A DNA stretch of 64,000 nucleotides. Origin: Pseudomonadota bacterium (GTDB lineage Bacteria; Pseudomonadota; Alphaproteobacteria; Sphingomonadales; Sphingomonadaceae). The position numbers and the translations under genes were made by a program. Numbering within the stretch: the stretch's first letter is position 1; every line of letters starts with the position of its first letter. A model generated the notes under the pieces. The model worked only from the letters and a program-made list of their open reading frames with translations. It was not told the origin of the DNA and did not search any database. This document shows positions 36,882 through 46,609 of the stretch, piece by piece. The stretch lies in NCBI GenBank assembly GCA_023433445.1, contig JAEZCS010000058.1:885-64884 (forward strand), read 5' to 3'.

Positions 36882-37775
36882 TCATGTGGAATGACGTTGT
36901 TGGCCGGCTAGGCCAACTCCGCTGATTTCTCTTATAAATGAATCCAGTAGCGGTTGAGGTTCTTTTTGAGACTCACGCTCTTTGCGTTCTAGCGCCGCGT
37001 CGAGACGGGCCAAGACCTTGGCGAGGGGGCCTTTGAGCGCGGTCTTGGCCTGCTCATGGGCTGGCAGGCGGGCGTGCATTTGCTCGATCGCCTCGATCCG
37101 GTCGGTTTCGCGCTGCAACTCATCGTCGGGGATGGGGGTAGGGCGCATCCAGCGGGGCAGATAGGCCTGGACGATCTTGGGCAGGAAAGCGCGATAGGCG
37201 TTGGAGGTCTGCTCATAGCGAGGGCCGGGGCCGTCGCCCTCGACGCGCTTGAAACGGCGCTGGCGGACGAGGAAGCCGATGCTCTCCAATATACGCAAAG
37301 CCCGCGCGACGGTGGCGCGGCCCAGGCTGGTGGCTTGCGTCAGATGATCATAGCTCGGGAAGACGCGGCCCTTGTTGAGACGGGCGAGGGTCAGGATTTC
37401 CTCGAACACGCGCACGCTGGCGGCGGTGAGCGATGTCAGCAACCGTTCCGCCGGGGTCAGTTCCCGCCCATCGCGCCGGGCTTCGCTGCGCAGCTGGCGG
37501 CCAGCGTCGAGGATGCGGCGGGCGGCGCGCAGAAGGCGGTCTGTTTCGCCCTTGGCGGGCGCGACGAAGAAGACATGTTCGAACGTGCCCGCTTCCACGC
37601 TGTCGCGCAGCACGGGCGCGCCGGTTGGATGCGGCGCGCCCGACTTTGGCTTGCGGGCGCCTTCCTTCCTTGCCGTCCCGTTTCTTCCGGGCGTTTTTAC
37701 AGCGGCGAGCGCGCCCACCATCGCCTCGCCAAAGCCAAGCGTTCCCATTCGTCCCTCCATGCGGAAGGCCGTCAC
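36882..37775 (-). CDS. winged-helix DNA-binding protein, replication-module associated
   Basis: ..LTPAERLLTSLTAASVRVFEEILTLARLNKGRVFPSYDHLTQATSLGRATVARALRILESIGFLVRQRR.. is a clear wHTH. The gene lies directly downstream of the iteron array. The probable start is MGTLGF (37748). Confidence 0.6.
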   Translation of the reverse strand: MTAFRMEGRMGTLGFGEAMVGALAAVKTPGRNGTARKEGARKPKSGAPHPTGAPVLRDSVEAGTFEHVFFVAPAKGETDRLLRAARRILDAGRQLRSEARRDGRELTPAERLLTSLTAASVRVFEEILTLARLNKGRVFPSYDHLTQATSLGRATVARALRILESIGFLVRQRRFKRVEGDGPGPRYEQTSNAYRAFLPKIVQAYLPRWMRPTPIPDDELQRETDRIEAIEQMHARLPAHEQAKTALKGPLAKVLARLDAALERKERESQKEPQPLLDSFIREISGVGLAGQQRHST

Positions 37776-38026
37776 CAGACAAAAAGATACCGTGGCGCGA
37801 AGCGCGCATCCTTGAAACGGCGTTCGATCTGGCGTAGGGAGAAGGGAGTGATTGTTCCCGGTTCGACGTTTGGCGACGTCGCTCCACCACCCAAATGGAT
37901 GCCCGGCCTTCGTGCCGGGCTTTCTATTATGTGGTCACAGCCACCCCTTCAGTCATCTTCCGCTCAGCCCCCATGGCCAGCTGCAACATATTCGCAGCAA
38001 TATCCGCGTGGTGGAAGGCTTTACGG

Positions 38027-38149
38027 TTCGTGCTTTCGAGTAGGAAAGCGAAATTTCACCCTATTTGATTCGTGCTTTCGAGTAGAAATTGCCCCTCGAT
38101 TCGTGCTTTCGAGTAGAATTAGGACGGCCAAATTCGTGCTTTCGAGTAG
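38027..38149 (+). repeat. iteron array: four direct copies of TTCGTGCTTTCGAGTAG (candidate oriV)
   Basis: Perfect 17-mers start at 38027, 38069, 38100 and 38133, with spacings of 42, 31 and 33 bp. The array lies just downstream of repA. Confidence 0.85.
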
Positions 38150-38234
38150 AAATTAGCCCACCAAAAGGGTGCAGGCGCGAATCAGGAAGGGCTTAGCAAA
38201 ACCCTTTGCAGGTCGGCGGTAGGAAAGGGGGCTT

Positions 38235-39122
38235 TCAGGCCTCTTCGACCTGATCCTCGATCATCAGTTCAGGGCCCGGCTGCGGCCGGCGGGAGAGAAT
38301 GACCCGCGCCTTGGCAGGCCTGCGTCCTACCTTGCGGGGGCCGTCTTCTGCCGGAGCGTCCTCGATCAGGCTGATGTCATAGTCGGGGATGGCATTGGCC
38401 GCCGCGATCTGGCGCATGGCGATGCGGAAATTGGACAGCGGGTTCTGGAAGCCGATCTGCAGCTTAAGCGTCTGGAGGTCCATCTCCAGCGGTTCACCAT
38501 CGGCGCAGGTCGAGTGCGCCACCTCGTAAATGCGGCGCTCGATCGGGCCAAGCTGGAAATAAGTTGAGGCATAATCAAGCACTTGCCGGTCGCGCAGGAT
38601 GGCACGGAACAGCCAGTCGCACAGCCGAACCTTGACCGCCTTCAGCCGCTTTTCACCCTTGCCCGAGCGCGCATATTGCAACCTGGCTTCGGACAACCAG
38701 GAGAAGAAACCGTCTTCGCCTTCGCCTCCAGCCTCGATATTCGTCTTGATCTGCGTGCCCTGCAGCCGCTCCAGCGCGTCGGCCAGGCGCGAGTAGGAAC
38801 GGGCGCTGTGGTTGGAGCCTGTGACGCTGAACAGGTCGTGGGCGGTGAAGGTGAAATCCTGAGAAACCGCCGCGCCTTCGTCGATCTTCGACGCCATGAG
38901 GCTGGCGATATAGAGGACGATTTCCTTGTCGTAGATGGTCGCAACGCCCCGCGCGCTCGGCCGTACCTCGATCGAAACGGTGGGGGTGGCGTAGGCGAGG
39001 GGCTTCATCCAGGCATTCTTGCTAAGCGCAAAGAAGGGAAAGGCCATCAGCGACCGCTCGCCGCGGATCTCGCCGATAAGGGGGCTATCGAGCTTGAACA
39101 GTTCGCCTTGCGGGGTGCCCAT
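38235..39122 (-). CDS. repA: replication initiator protein RepA (RPA family)
   Basis: MGTPQGELFKLDSPLIGEIRGERSLMAFPFFALSKN..IEVRPSARGVATIYDKEIVLYIASLM is the hallmark N-terminus of the alphaproteobacterial Replication initiator protein A family. The start is set at the ATG at 39122; the track ORF extends to 39158. Confidence 0.88.
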   Translation of the reverse strand: MGTPQGELFKLDSPLIGEIRGERSLMAFPFFALSKNAWMKPLAYATPTVSIEVRPSARGVATIYDKEIVLYIASLMASKIDEGAAVSQDFTFTAHDLFSVTGSNHSARSYSRLADALERLQGTQIKTNIEAGGEGEDGFFSWLSEARLQYARSGKGEKRLKAVKVRLCDWLFRAILRDRQVLDYASTYFQLGPIERRIYEVAHSTCADGEPLEMDLQTLKLQIGFQNPLSNFRIAMRQIAAANAIPDYDISLIEDAPAEDGPRKVGRRPAKARVILSRRPQPGPELMIEDQVEEA

Positions 39123-39161
39123 TATGATCGTTCCTTGCCCATTATGCCGCTCTGGCAATTT

Positions 39162-39178
39162 CTACTCGAAAGCACGAA
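39162..39178 (-). repeat. fifth iteron copy, inverted, in the repA upstream region (candidate autoregulatory operator)
   Basis: CTACTCGAAAGCACGAA is the exact reverse complement of the 17-mer iteron. It lies 40 nt upstream of the preferred repA ATG. Confidence 0.75.
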
Positions 39179-39383
39179 TTGCAGTTCAGGCACCAGTCCT
39201 CTCCCGCATTCACGCGCCTATACGCCGTCTGCGCAGGGGTGGCGATAGGTGAGCTTTCGCAACCAGCAAGCCTTCGCCATGTCTTTCGAATGAAAGGCCA
39301 TCGCACCGCAGGCCTGGAGAGGCGGCAAGGCCAGGGTGCGGGTCTGCGGAAGGCGAGTTCGCCCTTGATGCTGCCGAGGCATA

Positions 39384-39411
39384 AGATACTATATAGTATC
39401 CTTTAGCTATC
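39384..39411. repeat. AT-rich composite motif, copy E (AGATACTATATAGTATCCTTTAGCTATC)
   Basis: Read directly. It lies between the rep module and the 3' end of the first membrane glycosyltransferase-like gene. Confidence 0.6.
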
Positions 39412-40930
39412 TCGCGCCGTTCAGCGCTGCCCCCTCGGCGCGCAGGGCGAAGCGATCGGACGGCAATCGGCGTAGGCTAAACAGCCCCAGCAGGAGCAGC
39501 CCGCCCAAGCTGACAAGCGCGCCCGTCCATTCCTGCCAGAGCCAGACGCGCTCGATCCGGTAATGGCCAGGTTGCGCCTGGAAACGGATGACGGCTCCTT
39601 GATAGGGCACGACCTCCTCACCTCGCATGACGCGCCAGATTGGGAAGGCCGCGCGGCGCATCATCACTTCGCCCGGCTTGTTCACCACCAATTCGTCGCC
39701 AGCCTTGACGCCACGCCAGGCGGTGAGGTCCGGTTTCCGATCATGCTCGCGGATGAGCCGGGTATCGAATCCGGCAGGCAGATATTCAAGGGCATCGGGC
39801 AAATCGCGTGCGATCATGGCATAAGGCACCGGCTTGGTCAGATACTCCGCTGCCTGCGGTGCCCATTTCATGTAAGAGAACAGGACCAGACCCAGGCCCA
39901 ATCCGAACATGATCGGCTTGGGTCGGCAGGTGAGTACGGCCGTTATCGCGGCAAACTCAAGCAGACCCAGCAACCGCCATGGAAATTGTGCTCGGCTGAG
40001 TGGTGGAATGTCCCATATGAAAGGGATGAGGCCAAGAGCGGCCAGCCCGGCTAGAATGCTTATCACAGCCCAGATCGACCGTTCTTTGAGGGACAGCAGG
40101 ACAAGTCCCGCGGTAAGGGCCGGAATTGACAGCACTTGGAGCAGGGAACCCGGCACCAACAACGCCCAGGATGACGGCCGATACCATGGTCCCCAGAGCA
40201 ACTGCGAGGAAATCTGATCCTGCAGGGTAAGCGCAGGGAGGAGATAGAAAGCGGCAAGGCTTAGGGCCAGCGCTCCGCTCACGACAATGGGCCAGAAGGC
40301 ACGACGATCTTGCGATAGCCTGTACAGGCCGAACGGAGCGATCAGAAAAAAGCCGGTTAGCATCGCCATAGGCAGATGCGTCAATATGAGGCCGCTATAA
40401 GACAGCGCCAGCATGATGATACCCCGCCGATCCGGAAGGCGTGTTATCGCCAGGGCAATGAGCGGATACCATATGAAGGCAAAATATTCCGCCAATGTAC
40501 CTCGCACATAAAAATCCATGAGGTGATAGGGGGCCGCCATATAGAGGATGGCGCCAAGTAGCGGATAGGTGCCGCGTTCCAAAAGCCAGTGGTACATGGT
40601 GACGCCAGACAACAGCAGCGCGACATAACCGGCCATGTTGATCGCGGCGAAAGTGGAAAGGCCGGACGCATCGAAGGCTCCCGCCACCCAATAGGCGACC
40701 GGCGGATAGAAGTAGAAGGCGGGGCTGCCCAACCCTTCAAAACTGTCCGGCAACCAGCGGGGATAGAGATTGCCTTTCGCCATCTCCGTCCCGAACTGAC
40801 TGGTCCAGATGTAATTATAACTGACCGAATGGGAGGCACCGGGGCCCAGCAGGAAAGTGGGCAACATGATGATCATTGCCACCAGCGCGAGAACGCCGAT
40901 ATTCCGAAGGCCGTTCCTGCTCGTCATCAT
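39407..40930 (-). CDS. polytopic membrane protein, GT-C-like (PTPS-related / YfhO-like family)
   Basis: From MMTSRNGLRNIGVLALVAMIIMLP the protein has more than 10 hydrophobic segments. ..EMAKGNLYPRWLPDSFEGLGSPAFYFYPPVAYW.. is the motif I associate with the 6-pyruvoyl-tetrahydropterin-synthase-related membrane family. The 118-aa Arg/Ser-rich N-terminal extension in the track ORF (to 41284) is rejected. Confidence 0.7.
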   Translation of the reverse strand: MMTSRNGLRNIGVLALVAMIIMLPTFLLGPGASHSVSYNYIWTSQFGTEMAKGNLYPRWLPDSFEGLGSPAFYFYPPVAYWVAGAFDASGLSTFAAINMAGYVALLLSGVTMYHWLLERGTYPLLGAILYMAAPYHLMDFYVRGTLAEYFAFIWYPLIALAITRLPDRRGIIMLALSYSGLILTHLPMAMLTGFFLIAPFGLYRLSQDRRAFWPIVVSGALALSLAAFYLLPALTLQDQISSQLLWGPWYRPSSWALLVPGSLLQVLSIPALTAGLVLLSLKERSIWAVISILAGLAALGLIPFIWDIPPLSRAQFPWRLLGLLEFAAITAVLTCRPKPIMFGLGLGLVLFSYMKWAPQAAEYLTKPVPYAMIARDLPDALEYLPAGFDTRLIREHDRKPDLTAWRGVKAGDELVVNKPGEVMMRRAAFPIWRVMRGEEVVPYQGAVIRFQAQPGHYRIERVWLWQEWTGALVSLGGLLLLGLFSLRRLPSDRFALRAEGAALNGAR

Positions 40931-41072
40931 TCCCCCGATCTCGCGCAACGTTCGCTTCCTGAACGAAAATGGTAAATAATATGTCACCCTTCGCCTGGGT
41001 GACGGATCGTTAACCATTTTCCCCGATAGCCTTAGAGGGGCGCCAACCCCGTGTTTGAGGGGCTCAGAAGGA

Positions 41073-42095
41073 ATGGTTAAGCCATCGCTGCTGTCGATCG
41101 TCGTTCCGGTCTTCAACGAACAGGAAAGCATTTCCCTGTTCCTGGATGCCGCGCGCCCCGCAGTAGCAGAGGCTCTCGCCCTTGTCGGGCCGGACGCCCG
41201 CGCCGAGTTTCTGTTCGTCAATGACGGCAGCACGGACCGGACCGGCGACATATTGTCGATCCTGTCCCGGCTGAACCCCGACATCCGTCATGTCACGCTG
41301 TCGCGCAATTTCGGCAAGGAAGCCGCGCTGGCCGCAGGCATTGACCGGGCGAGGGGGGACGCGGTCATCCCGATCGATGTCGACCTGCAGGATCCACCCG
41401 AAGTCATCGTCGAAATCGTGCGCCATTGGCTAGCAGGCGCGAAGGTGGTCAACGCGCGCCGCGCCGATCGGTCGAGCGACGACTGGTTCAAGCGCTGGAG
41501 CGCGCAGGGCTTTTATCGCCTGATCAACCGTCTTTCCGATCATCCCATTCCTGAAAATGTCGGCGATTTCCGGCTGCTCGACCGTCAGGCTGTCGATGTC
41601 ATCAAGCAGCTGGGCGAGCAGGCGCGCTTCACCAAGGGGCTTTTCTCTTGGGTGGGTTTCCGCGTCGCCACCGTCGATTACGAGCGAGCACCGCGCGAAG
41701 CTGGGATCAGCAAGTGGCGGGTCAGCAAGCTTTGGGGACTTGCGATCGATGGCATCACCGCCTCCACCACCATGCCCTTGCGCATCTGGTCCTATATCGG
41801 TGGAGGCATCGCCCTGATGGCCTTTGCCTATGCCGCTTTCCTGGTGCTGCACACGCTGCTGACCGGGATCGATTCACCGGGCTATGCGTCGATTATGGTC
41901 GCCGTGCTGATGCTGGGCGGCCTTAACCTGATGAGCCTTGGCATCATCGGCGAATATCTGGGCCGGGTCGCACAGGAAGTGCGCAATCGGCCGCTTTATG
42001 TCGTGGCCGAGGAAAGCGAGACCGCGCCGCCGCCCGCCACACAGCCCCATTTGGAGGAAGAAGAAAAATGGACCGCTCAGCCTATGCGAGCATGA
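41073..42095 (+). CDS. polyprenyl-phosphate sugar synthase, GT2 (GtrB/ArnC/DPM1-like)
   Basis: MVKPSLLSIVVPVFNEQESI..FVNDGSTDRT..LSRNFGKEAALAAGI..PIDVDLQDPPE..GDFRLLDR.., plus two C-terminal TM segments. The ATG at 41073 follows GAAGGA. Confidence 0.85.
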   Translation: MVKPSLLSIVVPVFNEQESISLFLDAARPAVAEALALVGPDARAEFLFVNDGSTDRTGDILSILSRLNPDIRHVTLSRNFGKEAALAAGIDRARGDAVIPIDVDLQDPPEVIVEIVRHWLAGAKVVNARRADRSSDDWFKRWSAQGFYRLINRLSDHPIPENVGDFRLLDRQAVDVIKQLGEQARFTKGLFSWVGFRVATVDYERAPREAGISKWRVSKLWGLAIDGITASTTMPLRIWSYIGGGIALMAFAYAAFLVLHTLLTGIDSPGYASIMVAVLMLGGLNLMSLGIIGEYLGRVAQEVRNRPLYVVAEESETAPPPATQPHLEEEEKWTAQPMRA

Positions 42096-42793
42096 GCGCG
42101 CAGGAGCAGGATCATTGGTGGTTCGTCGCACGCCGCGCCATCATCGACAGCCTGGTCCGCACCCATGTTTCGCTATCCCCTGACGCCCAGATCTTGGAAG
42201 CAGGTTGCGGCACGGGCGGCAACCTCGCCCTGCTGGCGCAATATGGCGCACTCGATGCGATGGAATATGACGCCGATGCACGCGCCCTTGCCACCGCGCG
42301 GGGCCTGTGCCGGGTGGAGGCGGGCGCCTTGCCGGGCGCGATCGGCTTTGACGATAAGCGCTACGACCTGATCGCGTTGCTCGACGTTCTGGAGCATATC
42401 GATGAGGATGACGCATCGCTGCGCGCTCTTGGCGCAAGGCTGGTGCCGCAAGGGCGCATCCTTTTGACCGTTCCCGCCGCGCCATGGCTCTGGTCGGACC
42501 ATGACGTGCTGCACCATCACAAGCGCCGCTACACGCATGAGGGCTTATTGGATGTCGTCCGCGCAGCGGGGTTGAAAGTCGAGGTCTCAGGCTATTTCAA
42601 CAGCCTGCTGTTCCCACTCGCGGTGGCACAGCGTGTCGCCCACCAGCTGCTGCGGCGCGACGCGCCGCTGGATGCGCGGCCATCCCCGCTCGTCAATGCG
42701 ACGCTTCAGCGGGTCTTTGCGGCGGAGCGGCATTTGCTTGGTCGCATTCCCTTTCCGACGGGCCTGTCACTTTACGCCATCCTCTCGGCCTGA
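42092..42793 (+). CDS. class I SAM-dependent methyltransferase
   Basis: ..ILEAGCGTGGNLALLAQYG (motif I) ..YDLIALLDVLEHIDED... The start is set at the ATG at 42092, giving an ATGA overlap with the GT2 stop; the track start is 42068. Confidence 0.8.
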   Translation: MSAQEQDHWWFVARRAIIDSLVRTHVSLSPDAQILEAGCGTGGNLALLAQYGALDAMEYDADARALATARGLCRVEAGALPGAIGFDDKRYDLIALLDVLEHIDEDDASLRALGARLVPQGRILLTVPAAPWLWSDHDVLHHHKRRYTHEGLLDVVRAAGLKVEVSGYFNSLLFPLAVAQRVAHQLLRRDAPLDARPSPLVNATLQRVFAAERHLLGRIPFPTGLSLYAILSA

Positions 42794-44338
42794 CGGCTCA
42801 TTGCGCGGATCATAGGGGAGGGGCCAAGGCCCGTCCCAGCAGCGCATTGGCTCTGTTGCTGCGGCGCGAGTGGGATCAGTCGGACGAATGAGCGTCGGGA
42901 CCTTCTCGATCGGGGCCAGATAGGACCCCTTGGGGTAGGATGTGAAGCTCTGGTCCCAAGCCTTGAAGAAGCTGCAACGCACCTCCGGCGCTGCCGGCTC
43001 GACCAGCGCGCGGCGGATCTCGGCCAGCCCCGTCAGGCTGCCGATCGCCAGCACCACGACAAGCCAGCGTCTCCTCTCACCCTTTTGCGCGATATGATCG
43101 CTGGTCATCACCGCGAGCAGGGTCAGGGCTGTGATAGAGCCGCGCATCATGAAATCAGTCGACCAGCCAATCTGCACGAATGGGATAACCATGAGCCAGG
43201 CAAAGACCAGCCACAGGCTTTCCCGCCCGAACCGCACCGACCGTCCTGCGAGTGCCAAGGGTATCAGGAAGGGCAGCGTCTCAAAGGACTGGAAAAGCAG
43301 CCATTGGACAAAGGGGAGGGGCTGGTAGCGAAGCCCGACATCCTCTCCCGCAGCTCCGAGATAGATTAGTGTCGGAATACACAGAAGGAGCGCGACGGTA
43401 GGAACCAGGACATCCCTCCACCGCAGCGCCCGTGCGATCAGGGTCCGCACCCCCGCCAGGACGACGAAGGGCATGGCGCCCATCAGCCCTAGCGGAGACC
43501 AGAGTGCCGTCAGCGGCAGCAACGCCAGCCATGGAGCGAGCGGCAGCCGGCCCTCGCGCCACAACATATATCCGATTGCACCTATCCAACCCGAAAGTGC
43601 GTGCTGCGGCACCCAGAAAAGCAAGGTGATGGTCGAGGAATATTGGATGTCGGCCCAATCTTCCATGTGATCGGTCAACATTCCCTGCAGCAGCAGGTCG
43701 CCAATAGCATCCATGCCGGAAAACAGGACGAACACCAAAAGGCCGATCAGGCGTGAGCGCCGATCGGCGAACAGCAGGCTGCCGAGCGCAAGCAGCAGTC
43801 CGATCAGCGTCGCATTCTGCAGCAGCAAGGCGATATCCGCCGCACGGGGACCAAGAGCCTTGAAGACCAGCGCCGGCGCCAGGAACATGCCGATGGGCGC
43901 GCGCAACAGGTCGGGATCGGGGCGCGCCGTATAGACGAAGGGCCATGGATTAAGCCCCATGTCCCGCAGCACGGCAAAGCGCACCTGCCAATCCGCATTG
44001 GCATAGAAGAACCGCCCTTCCCCGCTCAGGATCAGCAGGAACAGCGCCACCAGCAAGCATGTCAGCAGCGTGCCAAGGCTAATCTCGCGGCTGTCCCTGG
44101 TAATTTTCGCAGTGAAGAAACAAAGCCCGGCGATGGCCACGCCACCCAGAACATAGGCCCAGGCAGGCGCGATATCGAGGAACCGCCATAGCAGCAGCTG
44201 ACTGCCGCCCAGCCAGGCGACAAGAACAGCCCAGATCCAGCGTGGGGCTATGGAAGCGGATAGCCAATTACGTGGCAAACCCGCGGCATTGACGCCGCTG
44301 AATGGCTCAGCCTGTTCCGCCAGAATGGATGTGCCCAC
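42767..44338 (-). CDS. polytopic membrane protein (GT-C / polymerase-like), unknown family
   Basis: 523 aa with about 12 or more hydrophobic segments and normal membrane-protein composition. It is the last gene of the minus-strand operon. I recognise no motif. Confidence 0.6.
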   Translation of the reverse strand: MGTSILAEQAEPFSGVNAAGLPRNWLSASIAPRWIWAVLVAWLGGSQLLLWRFLDIAPAWAYVLGGVAIAGLCFFTAKITRDSREISLGTLLTCLLVALFLLILSGEGRFFYANADWQVRFAVLRDMGLNPWPFVYTARPDPDLLRAPIGMFLAPALVFKALGPRAADIALLLQNATLIGLLLALGSLLFADRRSRLIGLLVFVLFSGMDAIGDLLLQGMLTDHMEDWADIQYSSTITLLFWVPQHALSGWIGAIGYMLWREGRLPLAPWLALLPLTALWSPLGLMGAMPFVVLAGVRTLIARALRWRDVLVPTVALLLCIPTLIYLGAAGEDVGLRYQPLPFVQWLLFQSFETLPFLIPLALAGRSVRFGRESLWLVFAWLMVIPFVQIGWSTDFMMRGSITALTLLAVMTSDHIAQKGERRRWLVVVLAIGSLTGLAEIRRALVEPAAPEVRCSFFKAWDQSFTSYPKGSYLAPIEKVPTLIRPTDPTRAAATEPMRCWDGPWPLPYDPRNEPSGREDGVK

Positions 44339-44352
44339 GATATCTCAGGCCC

Positions 44353-45969
44353 CTAAAGAGACGGACATTTTGCTTCTGAGGCTGGGGCAGCAGAGGGCCA
44401 ACGCAGGAGAAGTCCACCGATCCTTTCTTCCTGAGGATAGGCCGACAGGATCGCTGCAGCTACCGGGGGATTGTAGCGAGCCAGGAACGGCGACCGGTCC
44501 GTTTTCCCTTCGATCACGAACAAGCCGAAACAATGGGCACGTATCAGCTTGGCGAAAGCAAGTTGGTCATATTTGCCCAGTTGCCCAAGTTCGGCAGTTA
44601 TAGCTGATTCCCATTCGACATTCCTGCCAGCCCGAATGAGCAACGTCATGTCATCAGAAATGGTTGGTCGCGTGGACGACGCAATCCTCTCTACAATGCG
44701 GCTGCGCGCTTTGGTTTGCTGCTCCACCACCTGCATACCGGGAAAATATATGGGCAAGACGGCCAATTGCAGAGGCAGAGCGACAAGGGCGAGCGCCACA
44801 AGGATCGGTGACAACCTCGGTGCAAGAGGTGTGGGGCCCATCGCCCGCACTACCAAAGGGGCGAGCGCCAGCCCCGCAAAGATTGCGACCACGGAGAACC
44901 ATTCGATCATATAGTTGAAACTGGCCCCCGATTTCAGGATCCCCAGCAGCATAATCGTCTTCAGCCCAAGGAAAATCAGCAGCATCAGTACGGCGATCAT
45001 GGTCCGGTCCCGAGCCAGAACCTCGAGGCCTAAGGTAGGTGAGCCGCTTCCAGCAAGATTCCTACGAATAGCCCGCCAGCTTGTCCCAACACCCAGAATC
45101 GATAGCAGGATTAGCGCCATGTGCATGACTAGCTGCGGGAACAGGATGTCGCCGAACGACGATGGCATGAAGCGATTGATGTTATAAGACAGGATATGCG
45201 TCAGAAACCCGCCATCTGTGGCCAAGCTCAACCATGCGAGCGCCAGCAGGCCGAATAAGAGGGAAACGATGATACCACGTACAGCCAGCCCCGGACGCAC
45301 CAGCAGCAGCACCGAAAAAGCCGCCATGGGCGCTGCGATCGATATCTGCTTTGTATAAACCGACAGGAGGAACATTGCTGCCGCGCCGTATATGCACGCG
45401 GGGCGATCAAGCGCACGCAAGGCGAGTAACATGCCTCCCAAGGCCAACGCACCTGACAACATGTCTACCCGCATCAAGGGGGTCCAGACCAATACGGGAT
45501 AGCTGGTGAGGAAGAACAATCCGGCCATTGTTGCACAGATGACCCGGACGCGATTCTCCACCTCCGCGGGCATCGCGCGCGCCGCCAGCAGTCCCACCAT
45601 ATAGACGGTGGCAAAGGAGGAAAAAATCGAGACGAGCCGGCCTGCTACCAGTTGATCTGCGCCTGTGAGCCCCGCCAGCGCGGCTGACGTCATGTGATAG
45701 ACAGGAGGATAGTGATAGACGATCGCTGGATAGACCTGAAGCGGGCCATAGGCAGTGCCGCCCACCATGTCCCGCATCTGCTGCCAGACAATGCCTTCGC
45801 CGTAATCAAGCGCGTAGGGGTAGAAGAGGACAGCCTTCAGATAGGCTAGCAACTCGCCAGCATGCCAGATCATGATGGCCAAGAGGATGCTGAACCCAGC
45901 AACAAGCAGGACCATAGTCCGATCGGGAGCTACGCCCGTGTTTCGAGCGATTCTCACGCCTTTAGCCAC
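44353..45969 (-). CDS. polytopic membrane protein, GT-C-like glycosyltransferase candidate
   Basis: 538 aa. The first loop, ..FYPYALDYGEGIVWQQMRDM..VYHYPPVYH.., resembles the acidic first periplasmic loop of ArnT/PMT/GT87-type enzymes. More than 10 TM segments follow. Confidence 0.65.
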   Translation of the reverse strand: MAKGVRIARNTGVAPDRTMVLLVAGFSILLAIMIWHAGELLAYLKAVLFYPYALDYGEGIVWQQMRDMVGGTAYGPLQVYPAIVYHYPPVYHMTSAALAGLTGADQLVAGRLVSIFSSFATVYMVGLLAARAMPAEVENRVRVICATMAGLFFLTSYPVLVWTPLMRVDMLSGALALGGMLLALRALDRPACIYGAAAMFLLSVYTKQISIAAPMAAFSVLLLVRPGLAVRGIIVSLLFGLLALAWLSLATDGGFLTHILSYNINRFMPSSFGDILFPQLVMHMALILLSILGVGTSWRAIRRNLAGSGSPTLGLEVLARDRTMIAVLMLLIFLGLKTIMLLGILKSGASFNYMIEWFSVVAIFAGLALAPLVVRAMGPTPLAPRLSPILVALALVALPLQLAVLPIYFPGMQVVEQQTKARSRIVERIASSTRPTISDDMTLLIRAGRNVEWESAITAELGQLGKYDQLAFAKLIRAHCFGLFVIEGKTDRSPFLARYNPPVAAAILSAYPQEERIGGLLLRWPSAAPASEAKCPSL

Positions 45970-46609
45970 GATGTTTCGCCGGACGCGCCACGATCAGCAT
46001 CTGTTTGCCCATCGGTTTGACGGGTGAGCGCAGATAGGCGCCTACCAGCATCTTCCATGTGGGAAGGCGCGATTTGATGCTGAGTGGCAGGAAACGCGGA
46101 TGCACTTCCAGAACTTCCCATCCGTGCGCCGTCATCAGGTCAGCCAGACTGATGTGCGAGTAGGCGGTAACATGCGTGTAATCATCGAAATATTCGCGGA
46201 AGGCATAGCGGTAATTGGGCTGGAGGATGGTGAGCCTGCCTCGATCCGATAATTTCGTCTCGAGCGAAGAGAGGACGTTAACCAGTTCCTGCTGCGACAG
46301 ATGTTCGAACAAATTGGAAGCAAACGCGAAATCGACGGTACCATCCTGAATGGCTGTCAGATCCTCGGCAGGGCCAATGATTGTCTCCACATCCGACGTC
46401 ACGTGCTGACGCATGCCCGGCCACATATCGAGTGCGATCCTGCGCGATGCAGTCACACTATTGATAAAGTCCCCATAGCCCGCTCCCAAATCGAGCACGC
46501 AATCCGCTGGCGTGATGCGATAGCGGAAATAATAGTGCCACAGAGCGCCCCACACACCGGCGCGGCGCGCGTCGGCTGTCAGACGGGATTCATGATAATT
46601 GCCGGTCAT
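45962..46609 (-). CDS. class I SAM-dependent methyltransferase
   Basis: MTGNYHESRL..CVLDLGAGYGDFIN (motif I)..VDFAFASNLFEHL... The start is set at the ATG at 46609, giving an ATGA overlap with the upstream GT2 stop. The 79-aa Arg/Pro/Gln-rich extension of the track ORF is rejected. Confidence 0.75.
   Translation of the reverse strand: MTGNYHESRLTADARRAGVWGALWHYYFRYRITPADCVLDLGAGYGDFINSVTASRRIALDMWPGMRQHVTSDVETIIGPAEDLTAIQDGTVDFAFASNLFEHLSQQELVNVLSSLETKLSDRGRLTILQPNYRYAFREYFDDYTHVTAYSHISLADLMTAHGWEVLEVHPRFLPLSIKSRLPTWKMLVGAYLRSPVKPMGKQMLIVARPAKHRG

Noticed and set aside
37056-38156. 366-aa plus-strand ORF spanning the wHTH gene and the iterons
   Set aside because: It is antisense to a gene with a clear wHTH domain, runs through the iteron array and has a low-complexity Gly/Ala/Arg composition.
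40931-41284. 118-aa N-terminal extension of the 625-aa track ORF
   Set aside because: The extension is Arg/Ser-rich and non-membrane, and it overlaps the divergent GT2 gene start. A double ATG at 40930/40927 begins the hydrophobic protein proper.
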